A stretch of DNA of 64,000 nt, from the NCBI RefSeq assembly GCF_002237645.1, contig NZ_MJUZ01000016.1:15-64014 (forward strand). Reading direction: 5' to 3'. The notes under the pieces are model-generated. The model worked only from the letters and a program-made list of their open reading frames with translations. It did no database searches and was not told the DNA's origin. The DNA comes from Desulfovibrio sp. MES5 (GTDB taxonomy: Bacteria; Desulfobacterota; Desulfovibrionia; Desulfovibrionales; Desulfovibrionaceae). Positions 24,570 through 32,932 of the stretch are shown one piece after another. Numbering within the stretch: the first letter of the stretch is position 1; every line of letters begins with the position of its first letter. The position numbers were made by a program, and so were the translations under genes.

Positions 24570-25229
24570 CTAGGGCTTCAGGTCGCCCATAGAGTTGGCC
24601 CTTCCCGCCAGCACGATGGTGTCGCCCTTTTGCAGTACCGTCATGGCCGGGGGCACAAAATTAAAAGAGTGTTCCCCCACAGGGCGTATGCCCAGCACCA
24701 TGACATTAAAACGCTGCATCAGGTTGAGGTCAATCAAGGTCTTGCCGTGCCACTCGTCCACCTTCAATTCCTGAATGGCTATGCCGCCGTACTTGGGGAT
24801 AAGGTCCAGCATGCCGGGGTAGGTAAGCTGATGGGCGGCCATGACGGCAGCCTCCATTTCGGGCACAAGGGCGCGGTTAACGCGCAGGCGCTGCAATATT
24901 TTGCGGTGTTCCTCGTTGGAGGCCTTGACCCATATCTTGGGGCCGCCCAGTTCCTGCACGTTCAGGGTGATGCTCAGCGACTGCTCCACGCTCTGCCCCA
25001 CGCTGATCACCACCCAATCCAGATCCTGCACATGCAGCGAACGCAGCACGGCTATGTTTGTGGCGTCGGCCTTGTACACGGAATTCAACGCATCCTCGGC
25101 CCTCTGCACCTGAGAGTCGGACATGTCTATGCCTACCACCGTGTGCCCCAGAGAAACCAGGGTGGTGGCCATGCGCAGCCCGAACTTGCCCAGGCCGATA
25201 ACACCGATTTCAAGTTTCTTTTCCGCCAT
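24570..25229 (-). CDS. ktrA: K+ uptake system NAD-binding subunit (KtrA/TrkA-type, single RCK)
   Basis: 219 aa. Rossmann motif IGVIGLGKFG and a C-terminal TrkA_C-like half. Confidence 0.88.
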   Translation of the reverse strand: MAEKKLEIGVIGLGKFGLRMATTLVSLGHTVVGIDMSDSQVQRAEDALNSVYKADATNIAVLRSLHVQDLDWVVISVGQSVEQSLSITLNVQELGGPKIWVKASNEEHRKILQRLRVNRALVPEMEAAVMAAHQLTYPGMLDLIPKYGGIAIQELKVDEWHGKTLIDLNLMQRFNVMVLGIRPVGEHSFNFVPPAMTVLQKGDTIVLAGRANSMGDLKP

Positions 25230-25497
25230 ATATTTCTCGCAATAACGCTCCGCTGCTGGCGGAAACGCCTTTATGCCCGGCGCTGCTTCTTGTCCATGCC
25301 GGGACGTCTTTTACAGGAATGCCGTTCTCGAACGGCGCAAATATTTTCAGGGCCGCAAACCCCGGCACAAGGCCCGTCCAGGCCGCGCGACGCGGCAGTG
25401 CCATTGCCAGACAGCGCGCGTACCTTGCCGCGCAGGCAGGAACGACTCGTGCCATCCGCGAAACAATGTGCGAGGCCGCGCGAAGCCGCATCCCCGG

Positions 25498-26871
25498 CTA
25501 GCCGATGGGCAGCTGGGTTTCCGCCACTGTGTACGCCTTGCGCGGCTGAAGGCTCTGCACAGCCATAAGCAGGCTCAGCAGGCCCACGCGCCCGGCAAAC
25601 ATGTTGACGATAATAATGCCCTTGCCCTCGGCGCTCAGTTCTGGCGTGAGATTCAGGGAAAGCCCCACTGTGCCGAGGGCGGACACTTCCTCAAACAGAA
25701 TGCGCAAAAAGGACGGGCCTTCAGTGGTTGTTCCGTGCAGTATTCCGTATTCCGTGATGCTGAGAAGAAAGGTCGATATGCCAACCAGCATTGAGTAAAA
25801 AAAGAACAGCGTCAGCGCGCGGGTGACGTTTTCCTCCGGCACGCCCCTGCCTTCCAGCACTATCTGTCTGTCGCCGCGAAACTGCGTTGCAATATAGCCC
25901 ACCAGCACCCTGAACGTCACCACCTTGATGCCGCCGGAGCACGAACCTGGCCCGCCGCCCACAAACATGAGGGCCATGATCACCAACAGGCTGGCCTCGC
26001 TGAGGCTGGCCATGTTGACGGTGTTAAAACCAGCAGTGCGCGCCACCGCCGTCTGAAACAAGGCCGTCAGGGCCAGATCAAAACCATCGCCAAGGGCGTG
26101 CTCATTGCCCACTCGCCAGAATTCAATGGCAAAGCCCACGGCAGCGCCCACAACAATAAGAAAGAAGCTGGTTTTCAGCACAAGACGGCTGAACCGGCTG
26201 AACTGGCGCACCGGCAGGCCTATCCGCCCTCTGGAGATGATGCCGAGCGCCTCGCGCAGTACGCCAAAGCCAATGCTGCCCAAAAAAACGCTGGCCGTGA
26301 TAATGCTGTTCACCACCACATCGTCGCGAAAATTCATGAGGCTGTTGGCGCTGAGCGAAAACCCCGCATTGCAAAAGGCCGACACAGCGTGAAAAACCGC
26401 GCTGAACGGATAAAAAAACACAGGATCATGCCAGTACAGCAAAAGGGCCGTCACTGCCTCAATGCTGAAAACAAGAGCCAGCACCTGCAAAAGAAAGGAC
26501 CTGAGGTTAAAGTCATCCCCAAGCAATGCCTGACTCACGGCCTCACGGCTTGTGAAGGGCACATGATTACGCCAGAGCAGAAAAATAATGCTTGTATAGG
26601 TCATGATGCCAAGGCCGCCTAGTTGCACGAGCAAAAGCAGCACGGCCTCGCCAAAGGGGCTGAGCACGGCGCTGATGTCCACAGGCGTAAGCCCTGTAAC
26701 GCACACCGCAGATGTGGAGAGAAAGGCCGCGTCCATCAGGCTGAGGCTGTGTCCTTCTTGCCAGCTTGCGGGCATGTGCAACAATGCCGCCCCGACGGCA
26801 ATAACCGCCAGGAATGAAAAAACGGGCCAGGTGAGGGGACTGAAAAATCGGTTCCACTGCATTCTCACCAT
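25498..26871 (-). CDS. ktrB: TrkH/KtrB-family K+ transporter membrane subunit
   Basis: Multiple M-P-M repeats with Gly-containing selectivity segments (TGLTPV, NAGFS, RTAGFN, SGGIKV). Start moved to ATG 26871 (uncertain); the upstream part of the track ORF is Arg/Pro-rich and non-membrane. Confidence 0.85.
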   Translation of the reverse strand: MVRMQWNRFFSPLTWPVFSFLAVIAVGAALLHMPASWQEGHSLSLMDAAFLSTSAVCVTGLTPVDISAVLSPFGEAVLLLLVQLGGLGIMTYTSIIFLLWRNHVPFTSREAVSQALLGDDFNLRSFLLQVLALVFSIEAVTALLLYWHDPVFFYPFSAVFHAVSAFCNAGFSLSANSLMNFRDDVVVNSIITASVFLGSIGFGVLREALGIISRGRIGLPVRQFSRFSRLVLKTSFFLIVVGAAVGFAIEFWRVGNEHALGDGFDLALTALFQTAVARTAGFNTVNMASLSEASLLVIMALMFVGGGPGSCSGGIKVVTFRVLVGYIATQFRGDRQIVLEGRGVPEENVTRALTLFFFYSMLVGISTFLLSITEYGILHGTTTEGPSFLRILFEEVSALGTVGLSLNLTPELSAEGKGIIIVNMFAGRVGLLSLLMAVQSLQPRKAYTVAETQLPIG

Positions 26872-27174
26872 GTAAGCCAGGCGTGACAGGATTGCAAGGC
26901 AGATGACGCCGGGCGGCAATCCCCTGCCGCGCGGGTCATGGCCGCAGTGCTGGCAGAGCGCAAACCCTGCGCGACGGGGCCGTGCCGCTGGCAATGCCGT
27001 TGATCTTGCCGCCGCATTTTTCACCACCATTTTCCGTCCTGCACGCCGACAGCTCCCCCTATGTCGCATGGGCGCATGGGGCGCGCTGGGGCACATTGGA
27101 GAGCATTGGACACCCTGGTCTGAACGCAGGCGCTCTTTACAGACGGCTTCGGTGCGCGTATGCTTTAAAACGAG

Positions 27175-27304
27175 CTAGGGGAACCGTGCGGACGAGAGTT
27201 GCACGGCTGAGAGTGGGAAAACCCAGACCCTATGAACCTGACGCAGTTCGCACTGCCGGAGGGAAGCCGCAGCCACAAGCTCTACCGCTGCTTGTGGTTT
27301 TTTT
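27175..27304 (+). promoter_or_regulatory. TPP (THI-box) riboswitch with intrinsic-terminator expression platform
   Basis: Aptamer CTAGGGGA..CGGCTGAGAGTGGG..ACCCTATGAACCTGA..GGGAAG matches the conserved CUGAGA / ACCCUUUGAACCUGA cores. Followed by hairpin CCACAAGC / GCTTGTGG (27273-27297) plus TTTTTTT. Lies 30 nt upstream of thiC. Confidence 0.88.
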
Positions 27305-27334
27305 GCGCCCTGCGTCGCAACCCGCGAGGCACAC

Positions 27335-28615
27335 ATGTCTACCACACTTTGTTCCCAGAACGCCGCTCTGCGCGGTCTTCTGGACACGCACCTTGCCACC
27401 CTGGCCGCCGAAGAGGGGCTGACGCCCGAAGCAATCATCGCCGCCCTTGAAGCCGGAACCATGGTTCTGCTTGGCAATCCCGCCCATGTCGGACTCAAGC
27501 CCATTCTCGTGGGCCAGCCTGCCAGGGTCAAGGTCAACGCCAACATCGGCACGTCCCCCCTGAACAACTGCCCCAACACAGAAGAACGCAAAATTCACGC
27601 CGCGCTGGACGCGGGCGCGGACACGGTCATGGATCTTTCCATCGCCGGGGATCTGGACGCCCTGCGCCAGGGCATGCTGGCCGCCTGCCCCCGTCCTCTG
27701 GGCACAGTGCCGCTCTACGCCGTGGGCCAGCAGATACTCGACGCCGACCGCGAGATCACCAGCATGCGGCCCGACGACCTTTTTGATGAAATAGCCAAGC
27801 AGGCCGCGCAGGGCGTGGATTTTGTCACCGTGCACTGCGGCCTTTCCCGCCGTGGCGCCGAGATGGCCGTCAAGAACAACCGGGTTCTGGGCATAGTCTC
27901 GCGCGGCGGCTCCATGCTGGCGCGCTGGATGCTTGAAAACGGCCGCGAAAATCCCCTGCTGGAATACTTTGACCGCCTGCTGGACATCTGCCGCCCCTAC
28001 AATGTCACCCTGTCCCTGGGGGACGGCCTGCGCCCCGGCGCTGGCGTGGATGCCGGCGACGCCGCGCAGTGGGAAGAAGTCATCAATCTTGGCCGTCTTG
28101 CCAAGTACGCGCTTGAGCGCGGCGTACAGTGCATGATCGAAGGCCCCGGCCATGTGCCGCTCAATCAGGTGCGTACCCAGATCCAGGGCATCAAGCGCCT
28201 GACCAACAATGCGCCCCTCTACGTGCTTGGCCCCCTGTGCTGCGACAGCGCGCCCGGCTACGACCATATAGCCGGAGCCATCGGCGGCGCTCTTGGCGTG
28301 GAAGCCGGTGTGGATTTTCTCTGCTACCTCACCCCCGCCGAACACCTCACCCTGCCTGACGAAGCCGACGTGCGCGCGGGCGTCATGGCCTCGCGGGTGG
28401 CGGCCCAGGTGGGCGAAACGGCGCTGGGCCGTCCCCATGCCGTAGCGCGCGAGGCTGCCATGAACGCAGCCCGCAAGGCTCTTGACTGGGACGGCATGTC
28501 CAAGGCCGCGCTTGACCCCAAGATGCTCGAAAAACGCCGCGAGGCCCACAAGTCTGAAGAAGTGTGCGCCATGTGCGGCAAATTCTGCGCGGTCAAGATG
28601 CTGCGCGACCATTAA
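27335..28615 (+). CDS. thiC: Phosphomethylpyrimidine synthase ThiC (short anaerobe-type)
   Basis: 426 aa. Motifs NANIGTS, MIEGPGHVPL, CDSAPGYDHI, LCYLTPAEHL and C-terminal CAMCGKFCAVK (radical-SAM-type cluster motif). Confidence 0.95.
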   Translation: MSTTLCSQNAALRGLLDTHLATLAAEEGLTPEAIIAALEAGTMVLLGNPAHVGLKPILVGQPARVKVNANIGTSPLNNCPNTEERKIHAALDAGADTVMDLSIAGDLDALRQGMLAACPRPLGTVPLYAVGQQILDADREITSMRPDDLFDEIAKQAAQGVDFVTVHCGLSRRGAEMAVKNNRVLGIVSRGGSMLARWMLENGRENPLLEYFDRLLDICRPYNVTLSLGDGLRPGAGVDAGDAAQWEEVINLGRLAKYALERGVQCMIEGPGHVPLNQVRTQIQGIKRLTNNAPLYVLGPLCCDSAPGYDHIAGAIGGALGVEAGVDFLCYLTPAEHLTLPDEADVRAGVMASRVAAQVGETALGRPHAVAREAAMNAARKALDWDGMSKAALDPKMLEKRREAHKSEEVCAMCGKFCAVKMLRDH

Positions 28616-29225
28616 AAACAGCAGCTTGCCTTTGACCACAGGCAACTTCAAGGCCACACGCAAAGGCTGGCCGTGAAGACCAAGATCGAAGGCAGGGCGT
28701 GAAGAGCAAACACGAAAGCCAGATTCAAAAGCCAGGCTTGAAGGCGGACTTGAAGGCAAGGGAAGCCAGTTACAGCCTTTGATCATGCAAATTCCCGGCG
28801 ACGCCGTCTCCACCGCAGTTCTGGCGGTAACGGCTGAAACCGGGCTGGCGCTTTCACCACAGGCGGCTGCTCCGGCAGCCGCCTGAGCGTTGCAACGTGA
28901 CCACACGCCGGATGTGCTGCCCTATCCGGTATAAAAGCGCCGGAACGTCAGGCGGCACAGGTCTGCCCGGCCCGGCGCTGTTGCGGTTCTTGCGCCATAC
29001 GGCCCTGCAGCCCCATACAGCCGGGCAAGGACAGTGTAGATCAGGAACACTTCCGGGCCGGACACCGCAGCGCTGGCGTTCCACGCCGCCGCTCGGGGCA
29101 GGCAGGCTTCCCCCTGAGCGCTTCTTGACTCCGAAGGGTCCTGCATATATGCCTCATCCTTGCCCGCCCTTTGGCGCGGGTCCACCATTCCCTCTGCCCG
29201 GCGTAACCCGGTATGCGGAAGCAAT

Positions 29226-29573
29226 ATGAACGTACCCGTTCCTGTGGCCACCGTAGGCCTTCTGCTTTTTTCCAACATTTTCATGACCTTTGCCTGGTAC
29301 GGGCATCTACGCTACAAGGGCGCGGCCCTGCCCGTAGTAATCCTGATCAGCTGGGGTCTGGCTTTTTTTGAATACCTGCTGCAGGTTCCCGCCAACCGCA
29401 TCGGCTACGGGCACTTTTCGGCAGCTGAGCTGAAAACCATTCAAGAAGTCATTTCCCTGTCCGTTTTTATGGTTTTTTCCACCCTGTGGCTGCATGAACC
29501 CATCCGCTGGAACCATGCGGTGGGCTTTGGACTTATCGTGCTGGCCGCGTGGGTTATCTTCAAGGAGTGGTAG
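29226..29573 (+). CDS. DUF486-type DMT-superfamily small membrane protein
   Basis: 115 aa from ATG 29226 (MNVPVPVATVGLLLFSNIFMTFAWYGHLRY). Four hydrophobic helices. Confidence 0.7.
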   Translation: MNVPVPVATVGLLLFSNIFMTFAWYGHLRYKGAALPVVILISWGLAFFEYLLQVPANRIGYGHFSAAELKTIQEVISLSVFMVFSTLWLHEPIRWNHAVGFGLIVLAAWVIFKEW

Positions 29574-29575
29574 GC

Positions 29576-30361
29576 ATGGAATTTGGTCTTGTAGCCCTGC
29601 TGGCGGGTATTGCTGCCGCCTTTGCCGGAGGCTTTATCGACGCCATCGCCGGGGGGGGCGGGCTTGTAACCATGCCGGCGCTGCTGCTGACGGGGGTGCC
29701 GCCGCACATGGCCCTGGGAGCCAACAAGTTCAGCGCCTGTCTTGGCACCTGCGTGGCTTTGGGCAATTTTGCGCGCAGCAACCTTGTACTCTGGCGCGTG
29801 GCCCTGGCCGGGCTGGCCTTCTCTCTTATAGGCTCCTGGGCGGGCGCACGTCTGGCGCTGCATGTGGAACCGGCACTGCTGGGCAAAATTCTTGTGGGGC
29901 TGTTGCCCGTGGGCATGTGCGCCACCCTCATGCCGCGCAAGGAGCGGTCAGGCGGCCTGGGCGAAGTGACTCTGCACGGCCCGAGGCTGTGGCTGCTCAC
30001 CCCCCTGGTCTGCCTGCTTATCGGCGCATATGACGGATTTTTCGGCCCCGGCACGGGCAGCTTTTTGATACTGGCCTTTCACTGGATTCTGCGCATGGGT
30101 CTTATGGAAGCGTCGGCCACGTCCAAGGTGCTCAACCTCGCGTCCAATTTCGCCGGGCTGATGGTCTTCATGATCAACGGCGTGGTCGTCTGGAGCCTGG
30201 CCCTGCCAATGGCCGTAGCCTGCTGCCTGGGCAACTGGCTTGGCAGCCGCCTGGCCATCCGGGTGGGCCCTGCCGCCGTGCGCCGCTTTCTTATGGTTTC
30301 GCTGAGCCTGCTGCTGCTTACCCTTGTGTGGCAATATTTTCTGGCTCCATTCATGCGGTAG
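29576..30361 (+). CDS. TauE/SafE (TSUP) family anion exporter-like membrane protein
   Basis: ATG 29576 lies 2 nt after the upstream stop. Contains FIDAIAGGGGL..MPALLL and a second GPGTGSF repeat typical of TSUP proteins. Confidence 0.82.
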   Translation: MEFGLVALLAGIAAAFAGGFIDAIAGGGGLVTMPALLLTGVPPHMALGANKFSACLGTCVALGNFARSNLVLWRVALAGLAFSLIGSWAGARLALHVEPALLGKILVGLLPVGMCATLMPRKERSGGLGEVTLHGPRLWLLTPLVCLLIGAYDGFFGPGTGSFLILAFHWILRMGLMEASATSKVLNLASNFAGLMVFMINGVVVWSLALPMAVACCLGNWLGSRLAIRVGPAAVRRFLMVSLSLLLLTLVWQYFLAPFMR

Positions 30362-30374
30362 GCCTTTGCCTCCT

Positions 30375-30433
30375 GGAATATTTTGTGGGGAGGGGCCCTT
30401 TTGCAAAAGGGGCCCCTCCCCACCTAAAACTCT
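30375..30433 (+). repeat. Dispersed GC-palindrome element, copy A2
   Basis: Core GTGGGGAGGGGCCCTTTTGCAAAAGGGGCCCCTCCCCAC (30385-30423) with tail CTAAAACTCT. Intergenic between convergent genes. Confidence 0.9.
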
Positions 30434-30575
30434 TGTGTAGTTTAGTCTGGTACAGCGAGTCTTCTTACTTGAGCGGGGTGGACAAGGAACCGCGCCTTAC
30501 AGGCATCACACCATCTTATAATTAGTCTGCTCCAGGCTTGGCCTGCTCGGCCAGCGCCCCACCACTAGGGCAAAC

Positions 30576-30620
30576 GCTGCGCTGATAAATGCTGCACTGA
30601 TAAATGCCGCACTGCCATGC
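30576..30620. repeat. 15-bp tandem direct repeat (about 2.7 units) GCTGCRCTGATAAAT
   Basis: Read directly: GCTGCGCTGATAAAT / GCTGCACTGATAAAT / GCCGCACTGCCATGC. Confidence 0.8.
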
Positions 30621-30697
30621 CAAAAACGGCGCCAAACACCACCCCGCAGCAGCGCGGGATGGCCACAGGGGCGAACTCCGCTCAACCAGCTGATTTT

Positions 30698-30734
30698 ATA
30701 AAAGCAAAGGCCCGTGCACTGTGCACGGGCCTTT
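30698..30734 (-). terminator. Intrinsic terminator of the DUF1090 gene
   Basis: 11-bp stem AAAGGCCCGTG / CACGGGCCTTT followed on the minus strand by TTTT. Lies 20 nt after the stop at 30754. Confidence 0.8.
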
Positions 30735-30753
30735 GCGGTATGGGGGTAAAAAC

Positions 30754-31170
30754 TTATTTTTTTGCGTCCTGCTGCATCGTGTCACGAACCTTTTCGGCTT
30801 CTTTCAGTTCATCCTGCGCTTCACGCAATTTCTGCTGCCGTTTTTCGATCTTTTTGCGCGCATCGCCCTTGGCAACGGACTTGTCCAGATCTGCCTGACG
30901 TTCCGCTACTTTTTCCTGTTTCTCAAGCACCTTGATTTTGGCTTCGGCCAGTTCGCCGTCATCGGTGCACCATGTGCGCACGTTTCCCAGGGCACGCTCA
31001 AGCCCGGCTACCCGGCCCGTGTTCTTGTGCTGCTTGGCTATACTCAACTGGCGCTCAAGCTCGGCTATTTTTTTAGTGCAAATACCTTCAGCGCGCGCCG
31101 ACACGGCAAAGGCGACAACCATAACTGCGCAAGCGCACATAGACGCTATCTTCATCATATTTTTAATCAT
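30754..31170 (-). CDS. DUF1090 (YqjC-like) periplasmic coiled-coil protein
   Basis: Signal peptide ending AVSARA. Conserved pair of Cys (EGICTKK...RTWCTDD) and a KIEKRQQKLREAQDELKEA coiled coil. Confidence 0.7.
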   Translation of the reverse strand: MIKNMMKIASMCACAVMVVAFAVSARAEGICTKKIAELERQLSIAKQHKNTGRVAGLERALGNVRTWCTDDGELAEAKIKVLEKQEKVAERQADLDKSVAKGDARKKIEKRQQKLREAQDELKEAEKVRDTMQQDAKK

Positions 31171-31363
31171 ATTTTCTCCCTTTTTGGCCCGGCCAGTGCA
31201 TGAGGCACATCCGGGGCGGGCACATCATGCCCATAGTTATTCGTATGACAAGGTGCATACAAAACCCAACAGGTGCTGCCCTTGTCCGTTTATTACCGAC
31301 ACGGTACACTTATTACAAACTGGCCGCCATTGCGGCCGCAACTCCTACCATCAAGGAGCGCAC

Positions 31364-31873
31364 ATGCGTACGTTTATTTTCACTCTTGTTTTTATGCTTA
31401 CTCTGGGGCTGAGCGCTGTTCAGGCCGCGCCTGTCAAAACCCATCTGCCCGGCGATCTTACCCTGGAAGAGGCGCAGGACATTCTTAAGGCGGCGCTGTC
31501 CAAGGCAAAAGAGGTTGGCGTTCTAATGAATATTGCCGTGGTGGACGCGGGGGGAAACCTTAAAATTTTCGCCCGCCAAGACGGAGCCTATCTTGGCAGC
31601 ATAGACATCGCCCAAAAGAAGGCCAAGACAGCCCGCTATTTCAATATGTCCACAGCCGAACTGGGCGCTGCCGCGCAGCCCGGCAAAGAACTTTTCGGCA
31701 TCGAGGTAACCAATAACGGCCTCGCCATCTTCGGCGGCGGGGAACTGCTGGTGCGCGGCGGCGTCGTCGTTGGGGCCATAGGCGTCAGCGGCGGCAGCGT
31801 TGTGGACGACAGCACAGTGGCCAAGGCAGGAGCGGCGGCCCTGCAGCAATCATCCAAAAAATCTTCTTTTTAG
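31364..31873 (+). CDS. GlcG/HbpS-like (DUF336) haem-binding-type protein with signal peptide
   Basis: AAGGAG SD at 31353-31358. MRTFIFTLVFMLTLGLSAVQA signal. Core AVVDAGGNL...GSIDIAQKKAKTA...GAIGVSGG. The longer track ORF from 30932 is an upstream read-through. Confidence 0.8.
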   Translation: MRTFIFTLVFMLTLGLSAVQAAPVKTHLPGDLTLEEAQDILKAALSKAKEVGVLMNIAVVDAGGNLKIFARQDGAYLGSIDIAQKKAKTARYFNMSTAELGAAAQPGKELFGIEVTNNGLAIFGGGELLVRGGVVVGAIGVSGGSVVDDSTVAKAGAAALQQSSKKSSF

Positions 31874-31979
31874 AGTATGTTACCTTGAAAAAGGCTCCAT
31901 GCCTCACCGCTGCGCGCGAGCGCAGCGCGGTGCAACACTATGCGGATACAGCTGAAAATAGCATTTTCGACTGTATGAT

Positions 31980-32008
31980 AAGGCTGAAATGTGCAACATT
32001 TCAGCCTT
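31980..32008. terminator. Shared hairpin between convergent glcG-like and lipoprotein genes
   Basis: 12-bp stem AAGGCTGAAATG / CATTTCAGCCTT with a 5-nt loop. Lies 10 nt from the lipoprotein stop. No strong T-run. Confidence 0.5.
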
Positions 32009-32017
32009 AATCCGCAT

Positions 32018-32344
32018 CTAGTTGACCATTTCAATATAATGGCGACTGTCCGCCTTGGCCGGCAGCTCGAATTCAACGGTATACCGTAGCCGTGGATCGC
32101 CGTTGGCGCTTTTGTCAACCATACCGGTGGTCGCCAGGCATCTGCAGGAATCCTTGTTGGCGCTCAGAGTCTTGAAGCCTTCGATATCAATGCCCGCATC
32201 CTTCACGCCCACTTCATGAGCGTAGGCCTGCATGGCTTTTTTGACGTAGTCCTTGCCTGCGCTGGAATCGCACTCAGGCGAAGACGTGCAGCCCGCTGCG
32301 AACACGACCATAAGCGCCGCCGCCAGGATTGTTGTTTTCAGCAT
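32018..32344 (-). CDS. Small lipoprotein, unknown function
   Basis: AAGGAG SD before ATG 32344. Signal plus lipobox MLKTTILAAALMVVFAAGC. Confidence 0.65.
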   Translation of the reverse strand: MLKTTILAAALMVVFAAGCTSSPECDSSAGKDYVKKAMQAYAHEVGVKDAGIDIEGFKTLSANKDSCRCLATTGMVDKSANGDPRLRYTVEFELPAKADSRHYIEMVN

Positions 32345-32660
32345 GAAAAACTCCTTTAGTACTGCTTTGCCCGGCATAAACCATTAAGCATAAGTGGTTG
32401 CCGGTTCCTGAAATACCTTTTTTGCAAAAAGCGCTTCGCGAAATTTGCAGATGCCAGTTTGGGCTTGCAGCCGTGCAGGCTGCCCCGCGTACGTTGCCCA
32501 GCGGGCCTGCGGCGCACATCCCGGACGTTTACTCATAAAAACATTCTAACAGTAAATCTATGACAAATATCTGATAATTGGTCAAACCCCATGCCGCCAA
32601 ATTTTCCGTCAAAAATGGGGTTGGAGAAGTTTTCAGGGCAGATTAAAGCAATGTAATGTT

Positions 32661-32726
32661 GAAATACTTTGTGGGAGAGGAGCCTTTTGCAAAAGGAGCC
32701 TCGCCCACGACCCCACCCCAAAACAC
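32661..32726 (+). repeat. Dispersed GC-palindrome element, copy A3 (most diverged)
   Basis: Head GAAATACTTT, core GTGGGAGAGGAGCCTTTTGCAAAAGGAGCCTCGCCCAC (32671-32708), tail GACCCCACCCCAAAACAC. Confidence 0.85.
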
Positions 32727-32852
32727 TTGGTGCCGTTGCGTCTGTAATAACGAATGTCTTGATTTGCGGGGATTCGGAGGCAGCGTCTTTCAGGCAGCAC
32801 CCATCTCAACGGTACAATGCTCCAATTGGGCGAGGCAGTGTTTTTGCCGCGC

Positions 32853-32885
32853 AAAAAAAGAACATCCCGCGCAAGCGGGATGTTC
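32853..32885 (-). terminator. Intrinsic terminator of the UPF0210 gene
   Basis: 11-bp stem GAACATCCCGC / GCGGGATGTTC, GCAA loop, followed on the minus strand by TTTTTTT. Lies 48 nt after the stop. Confidence 0.85.
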
Positions 32886-32932
32886 TGCGATCATCGACCA
32901 TTTGGCAGCCGTGACATGCACGGCTGAAAAAA

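Noticed and set aside
24318-25568. 416-aa plus-strand ORF across ktrA and the ktrA-ktrB spacer
   Set aside because: It is antisense to a clear Rossmann/RCK protein, its composition is biased (R/A/G/H), and it has no SD.
27040-27060. CCGACAGCT, a 9-nt match to the conserved core of the ydaO (c-di-AMP) riboswitch, near the ktrB 5' region
   Set aside because: It is on the wrong strand for ktrB, and the other conserved ydaO segments (GGGGA..CCCA pseudo-symmetric halves) are not recognisable. It is probably chance.
27230-28906. 558-aa minus-strand ORF covering the whole thiC locus
   Set aside because: It is a mirror-frame ORF of a GC-rich gene. The plus-strand product has unmistakable ThiC motifs and sits behind a TPP riboswitch. 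The antisense product is Ala/Gly/Arg-rich with no recognisable motifs.
30932-31363. N-terminal 144 codons of track ORF 30932..31873
   Set aside because: This part is antisense to the DUF1090 gene. A strong AAGGAG SD and a signal peptide start at ATG 31364, so only 31364-31873 is taken as the GlcG-like gene.
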